Assembly: GCA_012729595.1 (NCBI GenBank)
Contig: JAAYCU010000282.1
Coordinates: 3,591-67,590 of the forward strand
DNA length: 64,000 nt
Reading direction: 5' to 3'
Source: Phycisphaerales bacterium
GTDB lineage: Bacteria; Planctomycetota; Phycisphaerae; UBA1845; PWPN01
The notes under the pieces were generated by a model. The model was not told where the DNA came from, made no database searches, and saw only the letters and a list, made by a program, of their open reading frames with translations. This document shows positions 25,400-35,707 of this stretch, in pieces (within the stretch, counting starts at the first letter, position 1; the number at the start of each line of letters is the position of its first letter). The translations under genes were made by a program, and so were the position numbers.

Positions 25400-26821
25400 A
25401 TGCGTGCCATGGCCCAGATGACCTTAAGCGAACACGCCACCGACTTTATCGACGACGACCGGTTGAACGGTCTGCTTCGATCGCGGCCGGACGAGGCCCG
25501 CGTGCGCGCCATCATTGAAAAAAGTCTGGCCAAGCAAGCCTTGAACGTCGAGGAAACCGCGGTCCTGCTCAACGCCGAGGAACCGGACCTTGTCGAGGAG
25601 ATTTTCGAGGCCGCCCGGCGGCTCAAGCGCAACGTGTACGGCAACCGCATCGTTCTTTTCGCCCCGCTATATATCGGCAACGAATGCGTGAACGACTGCC
25701 TGTACTGCGCCTTCAAACGCTCAAACCCGGACGCGGTTCGGCGGACGCTGGCGGAGCAGGAGTTGCGGCGGCAGGTGGAGGCCCTGGAAAACCAGGGGCA
25801 TAAGCGACTGATTCTGGTATTCGGAGAGCACCCGCGTTACGACGCCACGTTTATTGCCGATTGCGTGCGCACGGTTTACGACGTGCATGCAGGGCATGGG
25901 CAGATTCGACGAGTGAATATAAACGCCGCCCCGCTCGATCACGTCGGGTACAAGACCGTCAAAGAGGCCGGAATCGGCACGTACCAGGTGTTTCAGGAGA
26001 CGTATCACCACGCCACCTATGCCCGGGTCCATCCGTCCAACACACGCAAGGGCAATTACGGTTACCGCTTGGATGCCTTGAGCCGGGCCATGGAGGCGGG
26101 CATCGACGACGTGGGGATCGGGGCGTTGTTCGGCCTGTACGACTGGCGCTTCGAGGTGCTGGGCCTGGTAGCGCACGCGACGTATCTCCAGAAACGACAT
26201 GGGGTCGGGCCGCACACGATCAGTTTTCCACGCTTGCAGCCGGCCGCGGGCGTGCAACTCGATCAACGGTTTTTCGTAAACGATCACGACTTCAAGCGGC
26301 TGATCGCCGTCCTGCGGCTGGCCGTCCCTTACACCGGGCTTATCCTGACCGCCCGGGAAAAGCCCGCCTTGCGCCGCGCGGTGATGGAATTCGGGGTCTC
26401 CCAGATCGACGCCGGCAGCCGCATCGAGATCGGCGGATACACCGAGGCCGGCGACGCGCAGTGCATGGAACGCGAACAGTTTCAACTGGGCGATATCCGC
26501 TCGCTCGATGAGGTCATGCGCGAATTGCTGGTGGACGGCTATATCCCCAGCTTCTGTACGGCCTGCTATCGGCTGGGCCGGACCGGGGAACATTTCATGG
26601 AATTCGCGATCCCCGGCTTCATCAAGCGCTATTGCACGCCAAACGCCCTGAGCACGCTCATGGAATACCTGACCGACTACGCCTCTCCGCAAACCAAGGC
26701 GGCAGGCCGAAGACTGATCGAGGCTGAACTCGATAAAATGGATAACGGCACGCAAAAAGAACGCCTGCGGGACGTATTGCGGAAAATCGAATCAACCGAC
26801 CAACGCGATCTCTATTTCTGA
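25400..26821 (+). CDS. hydG: [FeFe]-hydrogenase H-cluster radical SAM maturase HydG
   Basis: GAGGAG RBS. Radical SAM CVNDCLYCAF. C-terminal Fe-S motif GYIPSFCTACYRLGRTGEHFMEF and CTPNAL. ~470 aa, typical of HydG (ThiH-like). Confidence 0.88.
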   Translation: MRAMAQMTLSEHATDFIDDDRLNGLLRSRPDEARVRAIIEKSLAKQALNVEETAVLLNAEEPDLVEEIFEAARRLKRNVYGNRIVLFAPLYIGNECVNDCLYCAFKRSNPDAVRRTLAEQELRRQVEALENQGHKRLILVFGEHPRYDATFIADCVRTVYDVHAGHGQIRRVNINAAPLDHVGYKTVKEAGIGTYQVFQETYHHATYARVHPSNTRKGNYGYRLDALSRAMEAGIDDVGIGALFGLYDWRFEVLGLVAHATYLQKRHGVGPHTISFPRLQPAAGVQLDQRFFVNDHDFKRLIAVLRLAVPYTGLILTAREKPALRRAVMEFGVSQIDAGSRIEIGGYTEAGDAQCMEREQFQLGDIRSLDEVMRELLVDGYIPSFCTACYRLGRTGEHFMEFAIPGFIKRYCTPNALSTLMEYLTDYASPQTKAAGRRLIEAELDKMDNGTQKERLRDVLRKIESTDQRDLYF

Positions 26822-28485
26822 TTCACGGATTGATCCTTGGAAAACTCGCTACCGGGCGGAATTACTGGGGCAGGCGCGACCGGGACCGACGGCCCATGAT
26901 CCGGTCTGATCGGCGCGGCCATAACGGCCGATTCAATACGGGGAACCGAAACCAGATCCGCACCCTGCAAATCTTCAGCCAGACCTCCCAGTCGATGGCC
27001 GAACCAGGTGGTCAGCGACACATAAAGGTAGCCGACCATAAACAGGCAGAGGAACGGTACACCGATAGAAACCCGCAAAGTTCCGCAACAGAGAAACAGG
27101 CAGGTCAGCAAATATAAGCCTATCGCAAGTTCGAAGAACGGCTGGAGCTTGATCTTGCGATCTGCTCGTCGCAGTGCCGCCGCCTTGTCCTTCCATCGTG
27201 AGCCGGAACAACCGACGCCGAATTTCTCTGTACGCACAAACTCGCCGGGCTCCCCGAAAAAGCCGGCCAAGACCGCCCGAGCGTTATTTAGCGAAATACC
27301 CAACCCCAGCGCCATGAGAAATGGTATGTACTTGAGGCTGTCGGCCCAACTGCGAAACAACTCTCGCTGACTGGCGATATAAAACATGCTGGCCGAAAAA
27401 GTGGCCATCAGCAGCACGGAGAAATCGAACACATATCGGAGCCACCCTTCGGCGAAGACATGGACCTTGAGATAGACCACCGGATAAAGCATCAAGGTCA
27501 GCAAAACCATGTAAAGGTATACGGTGCAACTGGTCAGGTGGAAAAACGCCTCGAGTTTGATGCGTTTGGGCAGACGCGAACACAGAATCGTAGGCAGCAG
27601 CTTGCGACAGGTCTGGGCCCCACCCTTGGCCCAGCGGTATTGCTGCTGCTTGAAGCACTCCATGTCCGGGGGCAGTTCGGCCGGCGAGGTCAGATCTGGC
27701 AGATATACAAATTTCCAACCTTTTATCTGTGCCCGATAGGATAAATCTAGATCCTCGGTCAGGGTGTCGTGCTGCCATCCACCGGCATCGTCAATGCAGG
27801 CCCGCCGCCACATACCGGCCGTACCGTTAAAACTCATGAATCGCCCGGATCGGTTGCGTGCCGCATGTTCGATCACAAAATGGCCGTCCAGCAGGACAGC
27901 CTGGGTCCGGGTTAGGAGAGATTGGTCGCGATTCAAGTGCTCCCAGCGGGCTTGAACCATGCCCACTCGATGATCGGTAAAATAATCGATGGTGCGGCTA
28001 AGGATATCGGTCGGCGGAATAAAATCAGCGTCAAAGATCATGACAAACTCGCCGGTCGCGGTCTTCAACCCCTCGGCCAAAGCCCCAGCCTTGTATCCAC
28101 GGCGATCCTTGCGGTGCCGGTGTTGGATGTCGAATCCCTGCTCCCGCCAATAACTCACGGCTTGAGCCACGATGTTCACCGTCTCGTCGGTCGAATCGTC
28201 GAGCACCTGAATCTGCAGGAGATCTCGAGGATACTCTATCCGGCAGGTGGCATCGATCAGGCGACGCGCCACGGCACTTTCATTGAACATGGGCAGTTGC
28301 ACGGTGATTCGTGGGCGATGAAGGAAGCAAGCCCGGATTCGCGGAGTATTGCGGCGGTATTTGTAGTACAAATGGACCAACTGGTACCGATGCAGGCCAT
28401 AGAAGCAAACCAAGCCGAGTACCAGAAGGTACACCAGCAGATAACCGTAGAGGAATAGCTCTTCGCTGAAAATTGCTTCCAACAT
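26812..28485 (-). CDS. Processive family-2 glycosyltransferase (cellulose synthase/CslA-like, multi-TM)
   Basis: QVLDDSTDET, FDADF, TEDLDLS and QQYRWAKG (QxxRW) motifs. N-terminal and C-terminal TM segments. Confidence 0.8.
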   Translation of the reverse strand: MLEAIFSEELFLYGYLLVYLLVLGLVCFYGLHRYQLVHLYYKYRRNTPRIRACFLHRPRITVQLPMFNESAVARRLIDATCRIEYPRDLLQIQVLDDSTDETVNIVAQAVSYWREQGFDIQHRHRKDRRGYKAGALAEGLKTATGEFVMIFDADFIPPTDILSRTIDYFTDHRVGMVQARWEHLNRDQSLLTRTQAVLLDGHFVIEHAARNRSGRFMSFNGTAGMWRRACIDDAGGWQHDTLTEDLDLSYRAQIKGWKFVYLPDLTSPAELPPDMECFKQQQYRWAKGGAQTCRKLLPTILCSRLPKRIKLEAFFHLTSCTVYLYMVLLTLMLYPVVYLKVHVFAEGWLRYVFDFSVLLMATFSASMFYIASQRELFRSWADSLKYIPFLMALGLGISLNNARAVLAGFFGEPGEFVRTEKFGVGCSGSRWKDKAAALRRADRKIKLQPFFELAIGLYLLTCLFLCCGTLRVSIGVPFLCLFMVGYLYVSLTTWFGHRLGGLAEDLQGADLVSVPRIESAVMAAPIRPDHGPSVPVAPAPVIPPGSEFSKDQSVNQK

Positions 28486-28601
28486 GGAGATTACGTCACC
28501 CTTCCCCCGGTAATTTTATCCCAGCCGGCCCACCCGGAACCGCAGCGGAGTATCACTAACAGTATTATACTGACAAAGACAGACGAGCCGGTCAAGGCTT
28601 G

Positions 28602-29024
28602 CTACGTTTTCAACGCGGCAATCAATTGCTCGCTAAACTGCCGGCCACGGTCCCCTTCATATTTAGAAGCGTTCCAACGATACCCCAGCCCGTCCGCTGG
28701 TTGTCGTGGAATGATATGGAAGTGCACATGCATCACTTCCTGCCCCGCGGGCCGCCCGTTATTTTGCAGGATATTATAGGCATCAGCACCTGTGACTCTC
28801 AGGACCGCACGGGCCAGCCGGGGAAATACCGGGGCGATGCGAGCAAGTAATTCGTCAGGCATCTCCTCCAAACGCACAAAATGCCCCTTAGGGATGACCA
28901 GCGTATGCCCCTCGGCCAGTGGGCCAATATCGAGAAAAGCCAGACAGACGCCATCCTCGTACACCCGCATCGCGGGTATCTGGCCGTCGACAATTTTACA
29001 GAACACACAAGCGGGGTCATTCAT
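28602..29024 (-). CDS. HIT (histidine triad) family protein
   Basis: CVFCKI N-terminus and histidine triad HVHFHIIPR. Confidence 0.85.
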   Translation of the reverse strand: MNDPACVFCKIVDGQIPAMRVYEDGVCLAFLDIGPLAEGHTLVIPKGHFVRLEEMPDELLARIAPVFPRLARAVLRVTGADAYNILQNNGRPAGQEVMHVHFHIIPRQPADGLGYRWNASKYEGDRGRQFSEQLIAALKT

Positions 29025-29043
29025 AACTTACCACCTCCCCGTT

Positions 29044-29076
29044 AAAGGCAAAACGGCCGACCCGAAAGTCGGCCGT
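29044..29076 (-). terminator. Rho-independent terminator after rplQ
   Basis: On the minus strand, a 9-bp stem ACGGCCGAC/GTCGGCCGT with a 6-nt loop, followed by TTTTGCCTTT. It sits between the rplQ stop (29159) and the HIT gene start. Confidence 0.55.
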
Positions 29077-29158
29077 CGCTTATCTTGTCAACTTCCGTCA
29101 TGGACGGAAACGTGGGAAGTACGCCTGCTATACCATAGGCCGGCCTCGGCCATCGACT

Positions 29159-29842
29159 CTATTCCTGGGGAGCTTGCTCATCCGATCCGGTATTCTCCGG
29201 CGCAGCAGGCTTATCCACTGGTCCGCTGCTTTCTGCGATGGGGCGTCTCTTGATCGCCTTGGCGGCCATAGCATAACGTCGCTCGGTACGCCGGCGACGA
29301 GCGGTCTTTTCCGGGCGGGTCACAGTCCCCGGTGATTCCTCCCGCCCGACCAACTGAATAATGGCTTTGGGCGTGCTGTCTCCCTTTTGAGCCTTACCCA
29401 AGGTGATCACCCGCGTGTACCCGCCAGCGCGGTCCATATAATTTGGAGCAACATTCGTAATCAAATGATGCACTATGGAGGTTGCGGTAAACTTCATACC
29501 ACCTTTGGCCTGGCCTAGGCGATGCCGTCGCCCACTACGCGATCGTAAAACCCGAGCGCGTGCGGCATCAGACATATCATCGTACTGTTCCTGGTATTCC
29601 TTGGGAATCACGGCCCTATCGCCCAGCAAAGCGGTCAGCCTTTGCCGCGCCGCCAAGCTACCCTGGTGGGCTTTACGGGCTAATGTAATCAGCCGTTCTG
29701 CAAAGGGCCGAAGATCTTTCGCCTTGGGCAATGTTGTAGTGATCTGCCCATGCTCGAATAGACTCTGGGCCATGTTGCGACGAAGCGCCTCCCGGTGTTC
29801 ACTTGTGCGATTCAGTTTTCGTCGGGCAACAAGATGCCGCAT
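29159..29842 (-). CDS. rplQ: 50S ribosomal protein L17 with long C-terminal extension
   Basis: MRHLVARRKLNRTSEHREALRRNMAQSLFEHGQITTT matches L17 and the gene follows rpoA. 227 aa against ~120 aa typical. Confidence 0.9.
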   Translation of the reverse strand: MRHLVARRKLNRTSEHREALRRNMAQSLFEHGQITTTLPKAKDLRPFAERLITLARKAHQGSLAARQRLTALLGDRAVIPKEYQEQYDDMSDAARARVLRSRSGRRHRLGQAKGGMKFTATSIVHHLITNVAPNYMDRAGGYTRVITLGKAQKGDSTPKAIIQLVGREESPGTVTRPEKTARRRRTERRYAMAAKAIKRRPIAESSGPVDKPAAPENTGSDEQAPQE

Positions 29843-29886
29843 AACAAACTCCTCATCATGATATCCGCCAATCGGCGGTCTGATTA

Positions 29887-30993
29887 TTACAAATTAATGT
29901 CAGCTGGTATCGGACCGTCACCTGCTACGGGAGCAGCACCAACCCCACCGGACTCGCTACCCGAAAAACCTATTCCAGTCTCCAAAGTCTGTCCTACACG
30001 GGCGGGTTCGCCGGGCAAAGCCATCCCCAAACCAAGACCAAGATCCGCCAATTTCCGTTTGACTTCCCTCAGGGAAGTCCGCCCAAAGCTACGTACCTTG
30101 AGCAAGTCCGGCTCGGTCATACGGACCAGTTCACCAACAGTCGCTACCTTAGCTGATTCCAGGCAATTGCTGGCCCGAACGGACAGATCCAACTGGGCAA
30201 TGGTCATGGACAGGCGGTCCTGCAAGGCTTTGTCCAGCATTCCTTCCGGCTCGGCCGGCTTGACCTCACTGCTGACCATCTGCTCGCCAAGCTCATGGTA
30301 CTGCACGAAAGGATTGAGGTGCTTACGTAAAACCTTGGCGGCCTCGACCAGAGCATCCTCTGGGCGCACGGTACCGTTCGTCCAAACCTCCATAATCAGG
30401 CGGTCGTAGTTGGTACGCTGGCCGACACGAGTTTCCTCTGTTTTGTAACGTACCCGGGTGACCGGGGAAAAAATTGAATCGATGGCGATGATGCCCAGCT
30501 CCTCGATATCAACCTGATTTTCTTCCGAGGTACGGTAACCACGGCCGGGCTCAACCCAGAAATCAATCGAGAAATCGACTTCCTCGGTCAACGTGGCGAT
30601 CAACTGTCCTTGGTTGACGATGGTTATCGACGGGTCCGCCTCGATATCGCGGGCAAATACCTCGCCAGGCCCGCGACGCACCAAACGCATGGTTTTCGTG
30701 CCTTCGCCGTCAATGCGCAAGACAAGGCGTTTTATGTTCAGAATAATATCGGTCACATCCTCAAGTACACCCGGCAGGCTCATGAACTCATGACTAACCC
30801 CGCCGATCCGTACCTTAGTGACCGCCGCCCCTTCAAGACTGGACAACAGAATTCGTCGCAGACTGTTTCCGACCGTGGTTCCAAAACCACGCTCGAATGG
30901 TTCAACCAGCAATCGGGCGTAGGTGTCCGTGCTGATTGCTTCATCGCGAACAACCTGAGTCGGCAATTCGAGGCCGCGCCACCTGATTCGCAT
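29887..30993 (-). CDS. rpoA: DNA-directed RNA polymerase subunit alpha
   Basis: NTD GNSLRRILLSSLEGAAV, CTD LSVRASNCLESAKVATVGELV...FGRTSLREVKRKL. Conserved position between rpsD and rplQ. Confidence 0.95.
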   Translation of the reverse strand: MRIRWRGLELPTQVVRDEAISTDTYARLLVEPFERGFGTTVGNSLRRILLSSLEGAAVTKVRIGGVSHEFMSLPGVLEDVTDIILNIKRLVLRIDGEGTKTMRLVRRGPGEVFARDIEADPSITIVNQGQLIATLTEEVDFSIDFWVEPGRGYRTSEENQVDIEELGIIAIDSIFSPVTRVRYKTEETRVGQRTNYDRLIMEVWTNGTVRPEDALVEAAKVLRKHLNPFVQYHELGEQMVSSEVKPAEPEGMLDKALQDRLSMTIAQLDLSVRASNCLESAKVATVGELVRMTEPDLLKVRSFGRTSLREVKRKLADLGLGLGMALPGEPARVGQTLETGIGFSGSESGGVGAAPVAGDGPIPADINL

Positions 30994-31129
30994 TGGGATT
31001 CCTCCAGATTCGCTGACCGGCGGCGGATGGCGAAAAGACCACGCGGCAATCCGCCGGTTCCTGATTATCCAGCCGCCTCGTGGCCGGCAGCCGGTTATCC
31101 CCGGAATTTCGCTATTTCATCCGCGCCGT

Positions 31130-31762
31130 TTATCGGCTGCACATTTCAACGATCAACTGTTCCTCGACCGGTATCTGCACGTCGTCACGAGCCGGCATGG
31201 CAATGACGGTTACCTGCATCTTCTCCGCATCCACTTGCAGCCAAGGCTGCGGGGAGCGGCCCTCGGTCAATTCCAAGTTGGTCTTGGCCAGTTTTTTGCT
31301 ACGATCAGACGGCTTGACGCCTACGACATCGCCCTGCCTGAGTAAATGTCCCGGGCGATCCACGCATCGGCCATTAACATACACATGGCCATCCTTGATC
31401 ATTACCCGCCCACTCTTGCGTGAGGGAGCCAAGCCCGACTTGCACACCACGTTGTCCAGCCGTCGCTCCAGAATCTGCAACAAAGCGGTTCCGGTATTTT
31501 CCTTAGACCGCTCGGCCAGCCGGAAATAGCGAATAAATTGAGTTTCGAAGAGTCCGTAATAACGTTTCACCTTCTGCTTCTCGCGAAGCCGAAGACTGTA
31601 ACCGCTACCCTTGCCTCTTCGCCAAGCATGCATACCGGGAGGGTTCGATCGCCATTGCTTCTCCATTGGGCATTTGGCCGAATCGCACCGCGGCCCCTTA
31701 AGCATCAGCTTGATACCTTCGCGTCTGCACAATCTACATACTGGACCGATGTATCGTGACAT
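31130..31762 (-). CDS. rpsD: 30S ribosomal protein S4
   Basis: MSRYIGPVCRLCRREGIKLMLKG and an S4 RNA-binding domain; operon position. Confidence 0.95.
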   Translation of the reverse strand: MSRYIGPVCRLCRREGIKLMLKGPRCDSAKCPMEKQWRSNPPGMHAWRRGKGSGYSLRLREKQKVKRYYGLFETQFIRYFRLAERSKENTGTALLQILERRLDNVVCKSGLAPSRKSGRVMIKDGHVYVNGRCVDRPGHLLRQGDVVGVKPSDRSKKLAKTNLELTEGRSPQPWLQVDAEKMQVTVIAMPARDDVQIPVEEQLIVEMCSR

Positions 31763-31844
31763 CTAGCTACTGTTCCTTACGTTTAACCCGCTCAATTCGT
31801 CCTGCCAATCTCCACGCCAGTTAACGCTGGCCTTCTATGACGTA

Positions 31845-32222
31845 TCAGACACGCCGCTTCTTGGGCGGTCGGCAACCGTTGTGCGGCAAGGGAGTCATGT
31901 CCTCGATGGATTGGACGCGCATGCCAGCGGCCTGCAAGGCGGTGATGGCCGACTCTCGTCCCGAACCAGGACCTTTAACCCGGACTTCCACCTCGGTTAC
32001 CCCGAATTTTCGGGCAGCTTGAGCAACCGTTCGGGCTGCCTGCTGAGCCGCGAATGGGGTGCTCTTACGCGTACCCTTAAAGCCAACCGTACCCGCCGAA
32101 GCCCAGCACAGGGTTTCACCCGCGGTATCGGTGATAGTAATCATGGTATTGTTGAACGTGGCCTTAATGTGGACGATGCCCCGGGCCACGCTGCGCCGCG
32201 CTTTTTTCTTACCTTTAGCCAC
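31845..32222 (-). CDS. rpsK: 30S ribosomal protein S11
   Basis: [18 protein letters not shown]...[14 protein letters not shown] matches S11. Confidence 0.95.
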   Translation of the reverse strand: MAKGKKKARRSVARGIVHIKATFNNTMITITDTAGETLCWASAGTVGFKGTRKSTPFAAQQAARTVAQAARKFGVTEVEVRVKGPGSGRESAITALQAAGMRVQSIEDMTPLPHNGCRPPKKRRV

Positions 32223-32604
32223 GATGCATCTCCTTCACGCCTTTCTTACCGGCCACGGTTTTCCGCGGGCCCTTACGAGTCCGGGCATTGCTGCGGGTAC
32301 GCTGTCCTCTTACCGGCAATCCGCGACGATGTCGCAGGCCACGGTAGCAGCCGATATCCCTCAAGCGAGCAATATTCTGCTGAACCTGGCGGCGTAGCTG
32401 CCCCTCTACCATATAGGTACGATCGATCACACCGGCGATCCGGGCAACCTCGTCCTCCGTCAGATCCTTGGCCTTGACGGCCGGATCGATCCCCGCTTCC
32501 TTAAGGATCTCCCCCGCCAGATGCGGGCCGACCCCATAGATATAGCGTAAGGCGATCTCGATCCGCTTGTCGTTCGGAATATCAATGCCTGCGATACGCG
32601 GCAC
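32215..32604 (-). CDS. rpsM: 30S ribosomal protein S13
   Basis: [26 protein letters not shown] matches S13. Confidence 0.95.
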   Translation of the reverse strand: MPRIAGIDIPNDKRIEIALRYIYGVGPHLAGEILKEAGIDPAVKAKDLTEDEVARIAGVIDRTYMVEGQLRRQVQQNIARLRDIGCYRGLRHRRGLPVRGQRTRSNARTRKGPRKTVAGKKGVKEMHRG

Positions 32605-32683
32605 GTCGCCACTCCTTTTTCCAGACCCTTATCATTTCACCACCGCCGGGCCCACACGAGACACCGACGAAACTCTCGTCCCA

Positions 32684-32800
32684 TTACCGCCCTTGGCGCT
32701 GTTTGTGTCGCGGATTAGTGCAGATAACTCGCACTACGCCGCGGCGACGGATGATCTTACAATACTCGCAAATCCGCCTGACACTCGTTCGTACCTTCAT
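32684..32800 (-). CDS. rpmJ: 50S ribosomal protein L36 (zinc-binding form)
   Basis: Hand translation gives [38 protein letters not shown] (38 aa), too short for the ORF track. Position between map and rpsM. Confidence 0.9.
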   Translation of the reverse strand: MKVRTSVRRICEYCKIIRRRGVVRVICTNPRHKQRQGR

Positions 32801-32830
32801 TAGACCACCTCACCGAATCGAAAAATCGGC

Positions 32831-33637
32831 TCACCGCCCATCGGTCAGCACATCGGCTCCTCGGGCGGTTACCGCTACCGTATGTTCAAAATGCGCCGCG
32901 TAACGGCCATCTGCAGTTACCACTGGCCATCCGCTGCGATCCTCATACATGACATTGGCCGTTCCCATGTTCACCATCGGCTCGATTGCCAAGGTCATAC
33001 CTTCGCTCAGAAGGAAATCCATTCGCTTCTCTCGAGGGTCTACGTAGTTTGGGATCTTCGGCTCCTCGTGCATCTCCCGGCCGATCCCATGTCCCACGAA
33101 CTCTCTGACCACCGAGAACCCGGCTGTTTCCGCGTGAGCCTGCATCCTTCCGGCAATCTCACTCCACCACATCTTGGGTCGGATCGCTTGAATCGCGAGC
33201 TCCAACATTTCCCGGGTTACCGTCAGAAGACGCTCAACGTCCTGGGCTATCCTTCCTACTGCGATTGTTATCGCACTATCACCACACCAGCCGTCCAGGC
33301 GAACTCCGCAATCAATACTGACTACGTCCCCTTCCGCGAGCGTCCTGCTGGAAGGTATACCATGAACTACCTGGTCATTCACACTCGTACACAGCGCCGC
33401 GGGAAACGGAAACTTAGCCTGCCGAGCCTCAACGCCTCGAAACAGGGCTTCAGCTCCGGACGCCTCGATTAATCGCTCTGCCTCGGCGTTAAGTTCCGCC
33501 GTAGTCACTCCTGGTCTAACCATCTCGCGACAAAGGCTGAGTACCTTAAAAACCACACGACCTGCCAAACGAATACGCTGTATATCCTCGTTGGTTTTCA
33601 GTGCGGCGGTCCCTGCTCTGGCCGACATTCTTGTCAT
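32831..33637 (-). CDS. map: Type I methionine aminopeptidase
   Basis: Metal-ligand context VVHGIP, DVVSIDCG, FVGHGIG, LAIEPM, FEHTV. Confidence 0.92.
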   Translation of the reverse strand: MTRMSARAGTAALKTNEDIQRIRLAGRVVFKVLSLCREMVRPGVTTAELNAEAERLIEASGAEALFRGVEARQAKFPFPAALCTSVNDQVVHGIPSSRTLAEGDVVSIDCGVRLDGWCGDSAITIAVGRIAQDVERLLTVTREMLELAIQAIRPKMWWSEIAGRMQAHAETAGFSVVREFVGHGIGREMHEEPKIPNYVDPREKRMDFLLSEGMTLAIEPMVNMGTANVMYEDRSGWPVVTADGRYAAHFEHTVAVTARGADVLTDGR

Positions 33638-34299
33638 CAGGTACTTGATACCACCTTGGAGCGGACCAGTTCGCTCAGTTCGCGGGTCACCGCATCAATA
33701 TCCGCAGTTCCATCTACACCTCCCAGTACATCGTGATTGCGATAGTACTCTTCCAGAGGCGAGGTCTGTGCGTGATACGCAGTCAATCGTTGCTGAACTA
33801 CTTCCGCGGTATCGTCCTTCCTCTGTATCAGCGTTTCGCCATCGTGATCGCACACGCCCGCCTGTAGTGGCGGCTTATTCTTCAGATGGTAAACCGTTCC
33901 GCAGCGGGGACAGCTCAATCGTCCGGTGATTCTATCGACGATCAACCCATCGGGTACCGCTAGGGACAGCACCAAGTCCACTCGACTGCCGGCCGCGGCC
34001 AAGGCCTCGTCAAGTCGCTGAGCCTGAGGGAGTGTGCGGGGGAACCCGTCAAGCAGGTAGCCCATCCCACTGCCGGGCTTGATTACCCTGGCCAGTACCA
34101 CCTCAATTATGATTTCGTCCGGAACTAACTGTCCAGCATCCATAAACCCGCTGACTCGCTGGCCCAATTCCGACCCGCTGGCGCGTTCGGCTCGCAACAT
34201 GTCCCCGCTGGACAGATGCTCCAGACGGAAGGTGTCTCTCAGCCGTTCCGCCTGCGTGCCTTTACCTGCACCGGGAGGTCCAAAAAGTACCAGAATCAT
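33637..34299 (-). CDS. adk: Adenylate kinase (Zn-lid type)
   Basis: P-loop GPPGAGKGTQA, LDGFPRT, lid CPRCG...CDHDG. Confidence 0.93.
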   Translation of the reverse strand: MILVLFGPPGAGKGTQAERLRDTFRLEHLSSGDMLRAERASGSELGQRVSGFMDAGQLVPDEIIIEVVLARVIKPGSGMGYLLDGFPRTLPQAQRLDEALAAAGSRVDLVLSLAVPDGLIVDRITGRLSCPRCGTVYHLKNKPPLQAGVCDHDGETLIQRKDDTAEVVQQRLTAYHAQTSPLEEYYRNHDVLGGVDGTADIDAVTRELSELVRSKVVSST

Positions 34300-34321
34300 C
34301 TATACCTTCTTCGCGGGCGGC

Positions 34322-35680
34322 TTATTCGTTACCGCTCAAAAAGCCTCTGTAATTACGCATAACCAGGTTCGCCTCGATACGTTGGACTACGTCCAAAGCA
34401 ACGCTGACCACAATCAGCAGGCCGGTACCACCGAGAAACGAGGAAACCTGGAACGAAACATCCATCCAGAAAGCCGCCAATGTGGGAATAATGGCGATCA
34501 TGGCTAGGAAAGCCGCACCCACATAGGTAATCCTTGTCATAACCTTTTCAAGATAATCAGCCGTTCTTTTTCCTGGACGCAGGCCCGGAATGAAACTGCC
34601 ATAATCCCGCAGATTATTCGCCATCTCCTTCGGCCGGAACTGCACCGCCGTCCAGAAATAGGCAAAGAAGAATACCATACCAATGTAGCACAAAATATAA
34701 ACAAATCCCCCATAACTAAGATAGCGAGCCAACGTCCGGAAGAAATTGCCTCCTACGGGGGCCATAGACAAATAATTTAATATAATACTCGGGAATATCA
34801 TCAGCGAGCTGGCAAAGATGATCGGCATCACTCCGCCGTGATTCACCCGCAGGGGAAGGAACTGCCGCTGTCCGCCCAATACTCGCCGCCCACGGGTATG
34901 CTTGGCCTGCTGAATGGGAATTCGCCGCTGAGCCTGCGTAATCAAAATTGCCCCAGCCACCACCGCCAGGAAAGAGACTATCAGCATAAGAATTTTCGGC
35001 GGGGTCATCGCCCCGGAAGTCTGTGCGGCGGCCATGTTGAAATTTGCGTTACTGACAACCTCTATTACGGCGTTGGGCATACGGGCCACGATGCCAGCCA
35101 TGATGATCAGACTAATCCCATTGCCGATCCCATATTCATCAATCTGCTCGCCCAGCCACATCAAAAAGATCGTGCCGGTGGTCAGACCTGCCACCCCCAT
35201 GAGCCAGAAAGCACTGAAGGGCCTGGCGTACTCGGCATACACATAATTCTGACCGATCATGTAATTCATCCAGAAAACCGACTGGATCAAGCACATGGCC
35301 ACCGTCGCATAACGGGTGTATTCATTGATTTTCTTGCGTCCGGTCTCACCTTCTCGTTGTAGTTTTTCAAGGGCCGGGACCACTGTGGCCAACAACTGGA
35401 AAATAATGCTGGCAGAGATATAGGGCATGATGCCCAATCCGAAAATCGTACTCTGCTGTAAATCGCCACCGGTAAAGAGAGCAAAAGCCGAGGCTAACTG
35501 ACCAAATCCTCCGGTGTCTCCGGCGGTCTTTTGTATACTTTCCTGCATCAACTGCTGATTAATGCCCGGCAAAGGCACGCTGAATCCCAGCCGGTATACC
35601 ACCAGAAGAAAGAACGTAAAGGCGATCTTCTTCCGCAGTTCCGGGATCCGAAATATATTGGCTATCGTGCTGAGCAACAT
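34322..35680 (-). CDS. secY: Preprotein translocase subunit SecY
   Basis: 10-TM protein with IFGLGIMPYISASII and the GGVMPIIFASS motif; spc operon position. Confidence 0.95.
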   Translation of the reverse strand: MLLSTIANIFRIPELRKKIAFTFFLLVVYRLGFSVPLPGINQQLMQESIQKTAGDTGGFGQLASAFALFTGGDLQQSTIFGLGIMPYISASIIFQLLATVVPALEKLQREGETGRKKINEYTRYATVAMCLIQSVFWMNYMIGQNYVYAEYARPFSAFWLMGVAGLTTGTIFLMWLGEQIDEYGIGNGISLIIMAGIVARMPNAVIEVVSNANFNMAAAQTSGAMTPPKILMLIVSFLAVVAGAILITQAQRRIPIQQAKHTRGRRVLGGQRQFLPLRVNHGGVMPIIFASSLMIFPSIILNYLSMAPVGGNFFRTLARYLSYGGFVYILCYIGMVFFFAYFWTAVQFRPKEMANNLRDYGSFIPGLRPGKRTADYLEKVMTRITYVGAAFLAMIAIIPTLAAFWMDVSFQVSSFLGGTGLLIVVSVALDVVQRIEANLVMRNYRGFLSGNE

Positions 35681-35707
35681 AAGCCTGGTCCTTAGCAGCC
35701 TTTCCCG

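Noticed and set aside
25721-26755. 344-aa minus-strand ORF antisense to hydG (and plus-frame ORF 25861..26511)
   Set aside because: Antisense or off-frame artefacts of a high-GC gene. The HydG frame carries the radical-SAM CxxxCxxC and C-terminal motifs.
26812-26821. 10-nt convergent overlap between the 3' ends of hydG and the GT2 gene
   Set aside because: Short tail-to-tail overlaps are common in compact genomes. There is no hairpin or other signal here, so it is not considered functionally meaningful.
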